DNA from: Acidobacteriota bacterium
GTDB lineage: Bacteria; Acidobacteriota; Terriglobia; Bryobacterales; Bryobacteraceae
Length of the DNA: 53,117 nt
Reading direction: 5' to 3'
NCBI GenBank assembly: GCA_016871115.1
Contig: VFZP01000001.1
Coordinates: forward strand, 1 to 53,117
Under the pieces are notes generated by a model that made no database searches, was not told the DNA's origin, and worked only from the letters and a program-made list of their open reading frames with translations. Numbering within the stretch: the stretch's first letter is position 1; each line of letters opens with the position of its first letter. Made by a program: the position numbers and the translations under genes. Shown in pieces: positions 1-9,688 of this stretch.

Positions 1-92
1 CACTGCGCCCTGCCCTGCGGGCCGCCGCCTGACGGCGGCGACGGGCTCCGTTCCGCCCAGCCCTTTTCCGTTCTCGCGCCGGCAGGGTAAGG

Positions 93-815
93 TCAAATGA
101 GCGACGTACCGGCACCTGAAAAGTGTCGACAATCACGCCGGTCTAAAGTGTCAACAATCATCCCGGCCGCGCAACCCATCGATCCGCTTTGGTCCAAACA
201 AAGAATTACGTCCTTGAGACTGGCGCGTCGACGTCCGTAGCCGATACGCGTTTCCGGAATGATAGTGCGGTGTTCGGGCAGGTAGTGGCGCAGGTTAGCG
301 CGTATCGTCCGGTCCCAATCGATCTCGTTGTGCCGCGGGCGGCGGTTGCGCATGGACCGATTCAGCGCGCCCTGAACGGCTTGGCGCGTTGGTTCGGCAA
401 GTTTGCGTGTCATCTCATCGACCACGCGGCGCACGACTCTCCTCGCGGTGTCCTTGGTTTTGTTGGGGAGTACCCGGCCCAGCGATAGCAGCGTGGCGAT
501 GAGGTTGACGTCGGGCTCGACCGCAGCGAGCATTTCGGGCTCAAGCAACATCTGATTCAACTTCAGACCTTCGAGCGCGTCGGCTTGCATGACCCGGACG
601 ACAGAGGACGGGAAGTATTCGCGGATGTCGCCGAGCCAGCGGGCGATGTTGGGCGAGGAAGGGCTAAGGCCGACCTGCCGGGGCGAGTCGTAAAGAGCTT
701 CGAGGGTATGGTCCATGCCGAGATCCATACCGGCCAATGGGCAGCCGGTGCCTTCGGCGGGGCCGCCGCCGAGGATACGCCGCCAGCGGCGGAGGGCTTC
801 CGCGTGATCGATCAT
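93..815 (-). pseudogene. VWA-domain protein, partner of the MoxR/DUF5682 module, apparently 3'-truncated right after the MIDAS motif
   Basis: ATGA start/stop overlap with the upstream gene at 812-815. About 210 aa of N-terminal region are followed by DVILCLDQSGSM (start of the DxSxS MIDAS motif) at about nt 177-212. The frame then runs into lower-GC, repeat-bearing DNA and stops at 93. No VWA-like continuation is visible in any frame of nt 1-176. Confidence 0.55.
120..166. repeat. Two 22-bp direct repeats at 25-bp spacing: AAAGTGTCGACAATCACGCCGG and AAAGTGTCAACAATCATCCCGG
   Basis: Read directly at 120-141 and 145-166. The copies are 19/22 identical and the first has a palindromic TGTCGACA core. 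The region is locally AT-richer than its flanks and lies where the VWA homology ends. Confidence 0.7.
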
Positions 816-2992
816 TGGTCGAGCCCCAGGATTTTAGTAAGCAACGGCAAGGCGCGGGCGGCGAAGGCGGCGTCGATGGCGGCCGGCGTTTGCATTGACG
901 GCGTCGCCCCGCCACCGCTCTTGACGCGTTCGCCGAGTTGACGCCGCTCGGGCTTGGCGAAGGTGGAAAACGTGCGGCGCAGCAGCGGCAGCATGTTTTG
1001 AAAGTTGCCGGCGGTGAGGCCGCGCACCCATTCGTCCACCAGAGCCCACAGCGCTTCGTTCACCCGGAGTACGGTGCCGGAGCCTTCGAGGAAGCCCTCA
1101 ATCCACGCGGCGCCGGCCAGCGGATCGACGCCGGGCGAGAGCGATTGCGAGGCACGCGCGCTGGCTTCGTCGATGGTGAGTGCGCCGGCGTCGAGCAGCA
1201 GCCGCGCGCAACGTCCGCCGGCGAGCCCGTGCACGCCGGGGAGATCCGCGATACGGCGGAGTGTTTCGAGCCACAACGCGCGGTGCGGTTCGTCGTCCAG
1301 CAGCGCGATGGCGCTGTGCGCGGCGGCGATGCGATTCACCGTCTCGCGCGCGGCATCGTCATTCACCGAGCCGCAGGCGACGGGCACACCTGCGCAGGCG
1401 CGCGCTATCAGTTCGACTGCGACGCGGCGCACCGTGTCGCGATCAGTCTGGCGCACGTCGCCATAGCGGATGATGTTGGCGAGTGGCGGCAGTGTGTCGA
1501 GCAGGTGACCGACATCCGGCGCGAGCGCCGCGATCTGGCTCAGCCGGTCGAGCACGCCGGGGGCAACGGCCGGGAGGTTGGCCTTCAGCACCGGCTCCAG
1601 CAGTGCCGTGAGATGTTGCAGGGTCGTGGCACTGGCCGCGGCGTGCCGCACACGTTCGCCGGCTGCGGCCTTAATCGTGTTACCCCATTGCGCCGCGCCC
1701 ACCAGTTCAACAGCGAACTCCGGCTCCCAGCGCAGCGTCCAGATTTCGTAAAAGGTGCCGAGTTTGCCGCGGCCGTCCATCTGTGTGCCCCATTCGATGC
1801 TGAGCAGCGTGAGGCGATGAATCAGATGGCTGCGCTCGCGGTCGCCGTCTTTGCGCAGGTCGAGGTCTAGGAGCTTGTCGTTGAGTTCGAGTTTCAACCG
1901 CAGGCGTTTGAGCGTGGCCTCGAAATCCTTCTGCACGGGGACCGCGGAGGATTCCGGCGGCACTTCGCCGAGCGTTTCGCCGACGATGAGTTTGTTGTCG
2001 ATGAGCCTGAGCGGCGCATCGTCGCCGAACAGCAGCACGGTGCGGGCGGACTCATTTATCTCGTCGAGCCCTACCATGCGGCGGCTGCGCAACGTGGCTA
2101 ACGTCTCGGCGAGGCGCACGGTGTCGATCACCTGCGCAGACGACGCATCGAGATCCTGAGCGCGGAGAAGCTGCACCACCTTCGACACCCAACGAATCGA
2201 CATGTCGTGCGGCGTGGACCACAGGTGTTCATACCAGCCCGGCGACTCGATCCCCGCGCCATAGCCCGAGGCCCGCATCAGCCGCCCGTGCGACCACGGC
2301 GTCCACGTCACCTGTACCTTCACTTTGTCCAGGCCCTTGAGCAGCGCCGCGTCGTGTTTAGCGGCCGGCATGTCGATCAACACCGGCGCGTGCCAGGCGC
2401 CGCACGCCACCGCGATGCGCTCGTGGCCTTCCTTCACCGCCCCGCGGATCTCCTGGCGCATCGCCGCTTCGCGCAATTCTTCCTCGCGGCTCAGCGCACG
2501 CCCGCCGTGTTCGCGTAGCGCGCCCATGGCCTCGTGGATCGCCGGGAACACGGCTGCGTCGCCGCGGTCTTCAACGAGCCGCTCCCACCAGCGTTCGAAA
2601 TCTGTGCAGCCCGCCACGCGCGCGAGTTCCTTCATCGGATCTTCGCCGGGTTCGGCTTCGGTCGCTTCCGGCGGCAGCGCGAGCCACTTCACCAGCGGCA
2701 AGTCCATGAAGCGCGCGGGAACTCGAGTCTGCGCGGCGTAAGTGAGCGCCACCCACTCGGGCGAGAACGCAGCGAAGGGGTAGAAGACGGAGCGGAGCGG
2801 TGAATCAGGCCGATAGACGAGCAGCGCGACGGGCGGACGCATCTGCTCATGCGCCACCCAGTGCGTTTCGCCGCTCGCCTCCACCGGCCCCTCCACCAGC
2901 ACGCAGTCCGGCTGAAGTTCAGCGAGCGCCTTGGCAAGGCTCCGCGCCGACCCTGGACCGTGATGGCGAATGCCGAAAACGTGAACGGCCAT
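812..2992 (-). CDS. DUF5682-family protein with a TIKI/TraB-like N-terminal domain
   Basis: The ORF translation starts MAVHVFGIRHHGPGSARSL..PDCVLVEGP. A second GxxH motif (GAWHAP) follows. The ATG at 2992 lies 7 nt after the stop of the MoxR gene, and the stop overlaps the VWA start (ATGA). The ORF-track start at 3049 is rejected because it overlaps the MoxR gene. Confidence 0.7.
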   Translation of the reverse strand: MAVHVFGIRHHGPGSARSLAKALAELQPDCVLVEGPVEASGETHWVAHEQMRPPVALLVYRPDSPLRSVFYPFAAFSPEWVALTYAAQTRVPARFMDLPLVKWLALPPEATEAEPGEDPMKELARVAGCTDFERWWERLVEDRGDAAVFPAIHEAMGALREHGGRALSREEELREAAMRQEIRGAVKEGHERIAVACGAWHAPVLIDMPAAKHDAALLKGLDKVKVQVTWTPWSHGRLMRASGYGAGIESPGWYEHLWSTPHDMSIRWVSKVVQLLRAQDLDASSAQVIDTVRLAETLATLRSRRMVGLDEINESARTVLLFGDDAPLRLIDNKLIVGETLGEVPPESSAVPVQKDFEATLKRLRLKLELNDKLLDLDLRKDGDRERSHLIHRLTLLSIEWGTQMDGRGKLGTFYEIWTLRWEPEFAVELVGAAQWGNTIKAAAGERVRHAAASATTLQHLTALLEPVLKANLPAVAPGVLDRLSQIAALAPDVGHLLDTLPPLANIIRYGDVRQTDRDTVRRVAVELIARACAGVPVACGSVNDDAARETVNRIAAAHSAIALLDDEPHRALWLETLRRIADLPGVHGLAGGRCARLLLDAGALTIDEASARASQSLSPGVDPLAGAAWIEGFLEGSGTVLRVNEALWALVDEWVRGLTAGNFQNMLPLLRRTFSTFAKPERRQLGERVKSGGGATPSMQTPAAIDAAFAARALPLLTKILGLDQ

Positions 2993-2999
2993 GCGAGTT

Positions 3000-4082
3000 T
3001 TAGTCCGCCAGTTGACGGCACGCGCGGTACAGATCGCGCCAACCGTCACGTTCCTTCACGACGATTTCAAGGTACTCGCGCCACGCGACGCCGTCCTGCA
3101 CGGGATCTTTCACCACCGCGCCCTGGACGCTCGCGGCGACGTCCGCCGCCGTCATCTTGCCGTCGCCGAAAAACGCGGCGAGAGCGAGGCCCGAGTTGAC
3201 CACGGAGATTGCTTCGGCCGTGGAAAGCGAGCCAGTAGGCTGCTTCAGTTTCGTTTTTCCGTCTTCGGTAACGCCGTTGCGCAGTTCGCGGAAGAGCGTG
3301 ACGAGGCGGCGCACCTCGGCGAGCGCGGGCTCTTTGGCGGGGATCTCCAGCGCACGGCCCAGGTCCGTCACACGGCGGCGCACGATGTCCACTTCCTCGT
3401 CGAGCGTGTCGGGTACGGGCAGCACTACGGTGTTGAAGCGGCGCTTCAACGCGGACGACAACTCGTTCACGCCGCGGTCTCGATTGTTGGCCGTGGCAAT
3501 CACGTTCAATCCGCGTACGGCGCGGACCTCGGCGTTGAGCTCCGGCACGGGCAATGCTTTTTCAGAAAGGATGGTGATGAGCGAGTCCTGCACGTCGGAC
3601 GGGATGCGGGTCAGTTCTTCGACGCGCACCAGCCGCCCTTCCTGCATCGAGCGCATCACGGGGCTGGGCACGATGGCGTTCCACGATGGGCCTTCGGCGA
3701 GGAGCCGTGCGTAGTTCCAGCCATAGCGGATCGACTCTTCCGCCGTGCCTGCGGTGCCCTGCACGATCCGTGTAGAGTCGCCGGAGATGGCCGCGCTCAG
3801 GTGCTCGCTCACCCTACTTTTGGCCGCACCGGGTACGCCGAACAGCAACAGCGCGCGATCGGTGGCGAGCGTGGAGATGGCGATCTCCATCAGCCGCCGT
3901 GGGCCGATGTACTTGGGCGAGACGATGAAGCCATTCGGGAGCGGGCCTCCCATCAAATACGTGGCAACAGCCCACGGCGACATCGCCCAACTTGGCGGGC
4001 GCGGTTTGTCATCGGTCTTTTTGAGTTCGGCGAGTTCTTCGGCGAGCTGCACTTCAGCGGGCTGGCGGAGTTCATGAGCCAT
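3000..4082 (-). CDS. MoxR-like AAA+ ATPase
   Basis: Walker A GVPGAAKS, a Walker B-like LVRVEEL and sensor-1 VIATANNRD. The 360-aa length is typical of MoxR/RavA-type ATPases. Confidence 0.8.
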   Translation of the reverse strand: MAHELRQPAEVQLAEELAELKKTDDKPRPPSWAMSPWAVATYLMGGPLPNGFIVSPKYIGPRRLMEIAISTLATDRALLLFGVPGAAKSRVSEHLSAAISGDSTRIVQGTAGTAEESIRYGWNYARLLAEGPSWNAIVPSPVMRSMQEGRLVRVEELTRIPSDVQDSLITILSEKALPVPELNAEVRAVRGLNVIATANNRDRGVNELSSALKRRFNTVVLPVPDTLDEEVDIVRRRVTDLGRALEIPAKEPALAEVRRLVTLFRELRNGVTEDGKTKLKQPTGSLSTAEAISVVNSGLALAAFFGDGKMTAADVAASVQGAVVKDPVQDGVAWREYLEIVVKERDGWRDLYRACRQLAD

Positions 4083-5514
4083 GGGGTTCGAGCAGTGCCT
4101 CTCTCATTTGCCAGCGAAATGCGACGGTGTCGAGCATTGCGGCGAGCGGGCCGATCTGGTCGGCGTTGTGAGGGAAGCGCGCGGTGGGCGCGGCAAGGTG
4201 CGCGGCTTGTTGGAGTGCGGTCCGGAGCCGGTAGTGGTCTTGTGCCTTGAGCAGCATGGCATGGACCACATCAATGAAGCGCTCGGTGAACGAGACGCTC
4301 CAGGCGTGCGGGCAGCAGGCGGGAACCTCCGTGACGAAGCTCACGTGCTTGCCGAGAATATCGAGGGCCAAGCGTTCCCGCGCGGCGGGCGGCAATGGCG
4401 TGAACAACAGCGGGCTGGGCATGTGCGGAATGAGGCTTTCCAGCCAGGTCGCATCGGCATAGCGGCACGCGGCCGTGGCCCAGGCCGAGAGAAATAACGG
4501 CTGCCACTGGCCTTTGACCGCGGCGTCGACGAGGTCGGCGGGCTGCAGTTCAAAGCGCGCGCACCATTCCGAAGGCGGAATGGCGGAGAGAGCTGTCAGC
4601 GTCCACCAGCCGCGCGCGCCGAGTTCTTTCGACGCGGGCGGCTTTTTGTCGAGCCCGTCGCGCTGCGCCGCGGCGTCGGGCGCTTCGAGGAGTTCCACGT
4701 CGAGGATGCGTTTGCGGCCGAGGAGCCCTTCGCGCTTCAGCGTGACGCGCGCGCCAATGCGCTCGCGCATGCGGGCGACGAGGCGCGTGCCAGGGAGCGT
4801 CGAGAGCAACGCAGAGGCGGCGGCGCGCACCTGCACGCTACGATCGTCGAGCGCGGCTTCCAGCAGCGGCTCATCGTCCATCGTGAGCGCCGGTCCGCCG
4901 AGCGCGTCGATGAGCTGGCGGCGGACATCAGCATTCTCGCTGGACCAAATCGCGTCGATCATCGCGCGCGACTTTTCAGCGTCTTGCGCGCGCACGGCCC
5001 GCAGCACCGCGAGACGTTCATCAATGCGCCCGGTCTCCCACAGCGCTTCGTTCGCCTCACCCGCAGCACGCACCCACGCCCAGGCTTCGTGCAACTCCGC
5101 TAAGCGAACTCCGATCGGCCCGGCCGCGTGTGCTGCCGCAGCGCGTAGCGCACGGTCTGCCGTGGCGGCGTCCAGCAGCATGGGTATCCGCTCGGGCGCG
5201 GGACGGCGTCCGGCTTCGTTCGCCAGCGAGAGCCACTCGGGGAGCAGCGGCTTGCGTTCGCGGAGGACAGCTTCGAGGTGGGCCGCTGCGATGGGGCGGA
5301 GGTCCGCCGCGGCCGGCGCGGCGGATGCTGGCAGGTTGGCCGGCATTGCTCCTGCCGCCGCGTGGCACACCATCAGCGCCGCTGCGTCCAGCCAGTTTGT
5401 GGCTCGCGCAAGAGCCGCGTCGAGTTCCGCCGCGCCGGTGGGCTGCGCCTTGGTGAATGCCTGTTGCGCGGTTCCCACCAGCGCCGCGTCGGCCAGTTGT
5501 TCGCGCGGCGTCAC
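4072..5514 (-). CDS. DUF5691-family protein with a HEAT-like repeat
   Basis: Ala/Leu-rich helical protein with a HEAT/PBS-type motif (LDDRSVQVRAAASALL). The preferred GTG start at 5514 makes a GTGA overlap with the stop of the upstream amidotransferase. The ORF-track start at 5556 would overlap that gene by 46 nt. Confidence 0.6.
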   Translation of the reverse strand: MTPREQLADAALVGTAQQAFTKAQPTGAAELDAALARATNWLDAAALMVCHAAAGAMPANLPASAAPAAADLRPIAAAHLEAVLRERKPLLPEWLSLANEAGRRPAPERIPMLLDAATADRALRAAAAHAAGPIGVRLAELHEAWAWVRAAGEANEALWETGRIDERLAVLRAVRAQDAEKSRAMIDAIWSSENADVRRQLIDALGGPALTMDDEPLLEAALDDRSVQVRAAASALLSTLPGTRLVARMRERIGARVTLKREGLLGRKRILDVELLEAPDAAAQRDGLDKKPPASKELGARGWWTLTALSAIPPSEWCARFELQPADLVDAAVKGQWQPLFLSAWATAACRYADATWLESLIPHMPSPLLFTPLPPAARERLALDILGKHVSFVTEVPACCPHAWSVSFTERFIDVVHAMLLKAQDHYRLRTALQQAAHLAAPTARFPHNADQIGPLAAMLDTVAFRWQMREALLEPHGS

Positions 5515-6188
5515 GCCGCACCGCCGCCGTTGCGCGAAAGAAATGCGCGGACCCACGCTCCCAACTCGGCGGAATGACGCGGGTCTGCCAGCGTAGCTAT
5601 GCCCGCCTCCACGCGCTCAGCGCCGATGCGTTCGCGCCGAAGCTCCATCAACGCGCGCGAATACTCGGGCGTGTATTCGGGATGGCCCTGGATCGCCAGC
5701 ATGCGGCCCACCTGGAACATGCCCGCTCGACAAGCCTCGTTGCCGGCAAGCAGCACGGCGGCGGGCGGCAACTCCTGCACCTGATCCTGGCAACTCATCA
5801 CCAAGCCAAACGAATCGAGTGGCGGCTGCATCCACGGCGCGCGGTGCGTAACTGTGAACTGATGAATGCCGATCGACCAGCCGCCTGGATGTTTCGTCAC
5901 GCGCCCGCCCAGCGCATGGGCGATCATTTGATGGCCGAAGCAGACGCCAACAAACGGCGCGGCGGCGCGGAACATCTTCCGCACGCACTCGGCGTAGGCA
6001 TGAACCCACGGCACGTCCTCGTAAACCGAATCGCGAGATCCGGTGCCCACCCAACCTTCGCACTCCCGCGGCGTGGCGGGCAATTCGCCGAGGTGCACGT
6101 TGTAGACGCGCCACTCGACATCCGGGAGCCATTCAGCGTACATCTCCTCAAACGGCCGCGGGTCGCACTTGAGAAGACCGAGTTTCAT
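5511..6188 (-). CDS. Class I glutamine amidotransferase-like hydrolase (putative gamma-glutamyl-amide hydrolase, PuuD-like role)
   Basis: Nucleophile elbow GVCFGHQ and the HPE motif (IQGHPEY). The ATG at 6188 overlaps the aldehyde dehydrogenase stop (ATGA). Confidence 0.7.
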   Translation of the reverse strand: MKLGLLKCDPRPFEEMYAEWLPDVEWRVYNVHLGELPATPRECEGWVGTGSRDSVYEDVPWVHAYAECVRKMFRAAAPFVGVCFGHQMIAHALGGRVTKHPGGWSIGIHQFTVTHRAPWMQPPLDSFGLVMSCQDQVQELPPAAVLLAGNEACRAGMFQVGRMLAIQGHPEYTPEYSRALMELRRERIGAERVEAGIATLADPRHSAELGAWVRAFLSRNGGGAA

Positions 6189-7567
6189 GGTGACGTGTGC
6201 AGGCGCAAATGAAATGATTTCGGCCGCGTGAAGGCCGCGTAGCCCAACACCGACAGTGTACAGCCGCGGCCCGTATCTTTGACGCCCGTCCAGGCGAGCG
6301 CGGGGTCGAGATAGTCGCAGCGGTTCATGAAGCAAGTGCCGGTTTCGAGGCGATCGCCGATGCGGATGGCGGCGGCTTCGTCGCCCGTCCAGATGGCGGC
6401 GGTGAGGCCGAGGTCAGAGTCGTTCATCAGCGCGATGGCCTCTTCGTCCGAGTCGACCGGCATGATGCCCACCGCCGGGCCGAAGGTCTCTTCGCGCATG
6501 ATGCGCATCGAGTGGTTCACGTCAGTGAGGATCTGCGGGCCGAGATACGGCGAGCCAGGCTGATCGGGAAAGTCGTCGATGTGCGTGCGCGCTCCTTGCG
6601 ACACGGCTTCGGCAATCTGCGCGCGCACAAAGTCCGCCGCGACCGCGCGGACCATCGGCCCGAGCGTGGTTTCGGGGTCGAGCGGGTTGCCGAGTTTGTA
6701 GCCGCGCGTGAGTTCGACCGCGCCTTCGACGAACTTCCGGTAGAGCGAGCGATGCACGTAGATGCGCTCGATGCCGCAGCAGGATTGGCCGGAGTTGAAC
6801 ATCGCGCCATCCACCAGGTTTTCGATGGCATGCGCGAGATCCGCATCTTCGCGCACGTACGCGGGGTCCTTGCCGCCGAGTTCAAGTCCAGTGCCGATGA
6901 AGCGATCCGCGGCCGCGCGCTGCACGGCGTGGCCGCCTTCCACCGAACCGGTGAAGGCGACGAAGCCCACACGCTTGTCGCCGATGACGCGCGCCACGTC
7001 ACCGTGGCTGAGATGGAGATGCTGGAAGATGCCGTTCTGTGGCAGGCATGCGGCGAACTGCTCGGCGCACAACGGCGTCTGCGCGGAGTGCTTGAGCACT
7101 ACCGCATTGCCTGCCACCAGCGCGGGCACGAGCGCATTCACGGCCGTGAGGTACGGGTAGTTCCACGGCGCGACGATGAACACCACGCCCACTGGCTCGT
7201 GGCGGATGAAACGATGGAAGCCGGATTTCGGCTCCGCGTCGATATCCGCCCGCGAAGCCGCGGCCACACTCATCATGTAGCGCGCGCGTTCGGCAAAGCC
7301 GCGGCGGATTTCAAACGGAGCGTAGCGGATGGGGCGGCCCATCTGCCAGGCCAACTGCGTGCCGTACTCGCCGGCATTCGCTTCCATCTTCTCGACGAAC
7401 CTGGTGACGATCGCGATGCGCTCGGCGAGCGACACCTGACGCCACTCGCGCTGCGCGGCCACCGCGCGGTTCAAAGCCTCGTCAATCTCCGCGCCGTCCG
7501 CCAGCGGGCGCTCGGCGTAGACCGAACCATCGACGGGCGAAATTGTTTTTTGAATCGCGGTGCTCAT
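6185..7567 (-). CDS. NAD(P)-dependent aldehyde dehydrogenase
   Basis: 460 aa with ALDH motifs (ELGGKDP, FNSGQSCCGIERIYV with the catalytic Cys). Confidence 0.85.
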   Translation of the reverse strand: MSTAIQKTISPVDGSVYAERPLADGAEIDEALNRAVAAQREWRQVSLAERIAIVTRFVEKMEANAGEYGTQLAWQMGRPIRYAPFEIRRGFAERARYMMSVAAASRADIDAEPKSGFHRFIRHEPVGVVFIVAPWNYPYLTAVNALVPALVAGNAVVLKHSAQTPLCAEQFAACLPQNGIFQHLHLSHGDVARVIGDKRVGFVAFTGSVEGGHAVQRAAADRFIGTGLELGGKDPAYVREDADLAHAIENLVDGAMFNSGQSCCGIERIYVHRSLYRKFVEGAVELTRGYKLGNPLDPETTLGPMVRAVAADFVRAQIAEAVSQGARTHIDDFPDQPGSPYLGPQILTDVNHSMRIMREETFGPAVGIMPVDSDEEAIALMNDSDLGLTAAIWTGDEAAAIRIGDRLETGTCFMNRCDYLDPALAWTGVKDTGRGCTLSVLGYAAFTRPKSFHLRLHTSP

Positions 7568-8341
7568 TTATTCAGGGGTGGTGTAGGCAGAGGTGATGCC
7601 GCCATCGGCGAGGAACTCCGCGCCCGTGGTGAACGACGACTCGTCAGAGGCCAAGAACAGCGCCGAGTACGCGATCTCTTTGGCGAGCCCGAAGCGGCCC
7701 ATGGGGATGTGCACCAGGCGGCGCTGCTTCTTCTCGGGCGTGTTCAGGTATTTCATCAGCAGCTCGGTTTGCAACGGCCCGGGGCACAGCGCGTTGACGC
7801 GGATGTCCTGGCGCGCGTGGATGGCCGCGAGTTCGCGCGTCATCGCGAGTACTGCGCCTTTGCTGGCGGTGTAGGCGAGTTGCGGAGTGGCCGCGCCGAG
7901 ATGCGCGACGAAGCTGGCGGTGTTAATGATGGACCCGCCGCCCGCGCGCTTGAGCGCCGGGATGCCGTATTTGCAGCCGAGGAACACGCCCTTTACGTTG
8001 ATGTGGAAGGTGAGATCCCAGACGTCTTCGGACGTGGACACGGCGTCGTCATCGTCGGCGTGCGAGATGCCCGCGTTGTTGAAGAGGATGTTCAGCTTGC
8101 CGAACTGCTTCTCGGCGGCAGCCACCATCGCTTCGCAGTCGGCGGCTTTCGAGACGTCGGCGCGCACCGCAAGGGCTTTGCCTCCCGCCGCGGTGATCTC
8201 CGTGGCTACAGCCTGCGCGGGGTCGAGGTTCAAGTCCACGGCGACGACGGCCGCTCCTTCGCGGGCAAACAGCAGAGCCGACTCGCGGCCAATCCCACTC
8301 GCGGCGCCCGTGATGAGGGCGACTTTGTTTTGCAGACGCAT
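7568..8341 (-). CDS. Short-chain dehydrogenase/reductase (SDR)
   Basis: TGAASGIG cofactor motif, NNAG and the YTASKGAV catalytic motif. 257 aa, abutting its neighbours with no gap. Confidence 0.85.
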   Translation of the reverse strand: MRLQNKVALITGAASGIGRESALLFAREGAAVVAVDLNLDPAQAVATEITAAGGKALAVRADVSKAADCEAMVAAAEKQFGKLNILFNNAGISHADDDDAVSTSEDVWDLTFHINVKGVFLGCKYGIPALKRAGGGSIINTASFVAHLGAATPQLAYTASKGAVLAMTRELAAIHARQDIRVNALCPGPLQTELLMKYLNTPEKKQRRLVHIPMGRFGLAKEIAYSALFLASDESSFTTGAEFLADGGITSAYTTPE

Positions 8342-9688
8342 TCAGATCCTCTCGAAGTATCGCTTCCGTTCCCAGTCCGTGACGGCCTTGCCAAACGCGC
8401 GCGCTTCGCTGCGGTAGAAGTGCGCGTAGTGCGCGGCAACCCTCTTGCCCAACATTTCTTCCACAAACGCTGAGCCGGCGAACAACTCGACCGCTTCGCC
8501 CAGCGAATACGGGACGCGCGGCAGGTGCTGCGCGGCGTAGACATCGCCTTCAAATACGGGCGGTGGCTCGATGCGGCGGCGAATGCCGTCGAGGCCCGAC
8601 GCAAGTGACGCGGCGAAGGCGAGATACGGGTTGGCGTCGGCGCCCAGAATGCGGCACTCGATGCGCTGGCTGGCGCCGTGGCCCACCACGCGGAAGCCGG
8701 CGGTGCGATTGTCGCGGCTCCAGGCAAGGCGCGTCGGCGCCCACGACATGTCCTCGTAGCGCTTGTACGAATTGATCGTGGGCCCGTAGAACACCATGAA
8801 CTCAGGCGCGTGGCGGATCCAGCCGCCGAGGAACCAACGGAACAAATCCGAGTCATTCGCAAAGACGTTGCGGCGGCCCTTCCACAAACTGAGATGGATG
8901 TGGCAGCTCGAGCCGGCCTGGCCTTCAAAGGGCTTGGGCATGAACGTGACGCTGATGCCGAGCGAGTCCGCTACTTCTTTAAGGCACTGCTTGAACGTCA
9001 TGTGGCGGTCCGCCATCGTCAGCACGTCGGCGTAGCGCACGTTCACTTCATGCTGGCCGAGGCCCCACTCGCCTTTGGAATTCTCGACGGGAATGCCCGA
9101 GGCTTCGAGGTGACGCCGCACGGCCGCGGTGTAGAATTCAGACCGCGCGCCTTGCAGCAGGTGGTAGTCCTCTAGGTAATGCCCGAGAGGCTCGAGTTGC
9201 GCGTAGCCGGTCTTGGCCGCGTCACGATAGGAGTTGCGGTAGGCGTAGTATTCAAGCTCAGACGCGGCCATGGCGCTGTAGCCCGTACCGGCAGCGGCCT
9301 TGATCTGGCGCAGAAGAATCGAACGCGGCGCTTCCTCCACCTCTTCGACGTTGCAGTGAACGATCGCGGTCTTGTCGAGCCAACTGGCCACGGCGAGCGT
9401 CGCGAGATCGGGCACCAGGTGGAAGTCGCCATAGCCGAGTTCCCAGTTGGCGAACGAATAGCCGGGCACGGGGTTCATCTCCATGTCCGTCGTCAACAAA
9501 TAGTCGCAGGCGTGCGTGCCGTGGCTTGCGACATCATCAAGAAAAAACGAAGTGCTGAAGCGTTTGCCGAGGAGACGGCCGTAGTGATCCGTGAACGCGG
9601 CAATGACCGTTTCTATCTCGCCGCGGCGCGCGCGCTGCTTAAGTTCAGAGAGAGTGAGCTTGCCCTTCAAACGTGTTTCCGCCGGCAC
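8342..9688 (-). CDS. Glutamine synthetase-family gamma-glutamyl-amine synthetase (GlnA3/GlnA4/PuuA-like)
   Basis: 448 aa with a GS catalytic-domain pattern (NSKGEWGLGQHEVN, GSSCHIHLSLW). The start is either the GTG at 9688 or the TTG at 9670; the latter makes a TTGA overlap with the permease stop. Confidence 0.75.
   Translation of the reverse strand: MPAETRLKGKLTLSELKQRARRGEIETVIAAFTDHYGRLLGKRFSTSFFLDDVASHGTHACDYLLTTDMEMNPVPGYSFANWELGYGDFHLVPDLATLAVASWLDKTAIVHCNVEEVEEAPRSILLRQIKAAAGTGYSAMAASELEYYAYRNSYRDAAKTGYAQLEPLGHYLEDYHLLQGARSEFYTAAVRRHLEASGIPVENSKGEWGLGQHEVNVRYADVLTMADRHMTFKQCLKEVADSLGISVTFMPKPFEGQAGSSCHIHLSLWKGRRNVFANDSDLFRWFLGGWIRHAPEFMVFYGPTINSYKRYEDMSWAPTRLAWSRDNRTAGFRVVGHGASQRIECRILGADANPYLAFAASLASGLDGIRRRIEPPPVFEGDVYAAQHLPRVPYSLGEAVELFAGSAFVEEMLGKRVAAHYAHFYRSEARAFGKAVTDWERKRYFERI

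Noticed and set aside
2991-4250. 419-aa plus-strand ORF
   Set aside because: It is antisense to the MoxR ATPase gene. The Arg/Ala/Gly-rich translation has no motifs and is a typical shadow ORF of high-GC coding DNA.
6512-8473. 653-aa plus-strand ORF
   Set aside because: It is antisense to the aldehyde dehydrogenase and SDR genes, both of which have clear catalytic motifs. The translation is low-complexity and Arg/His/Gly-rich.
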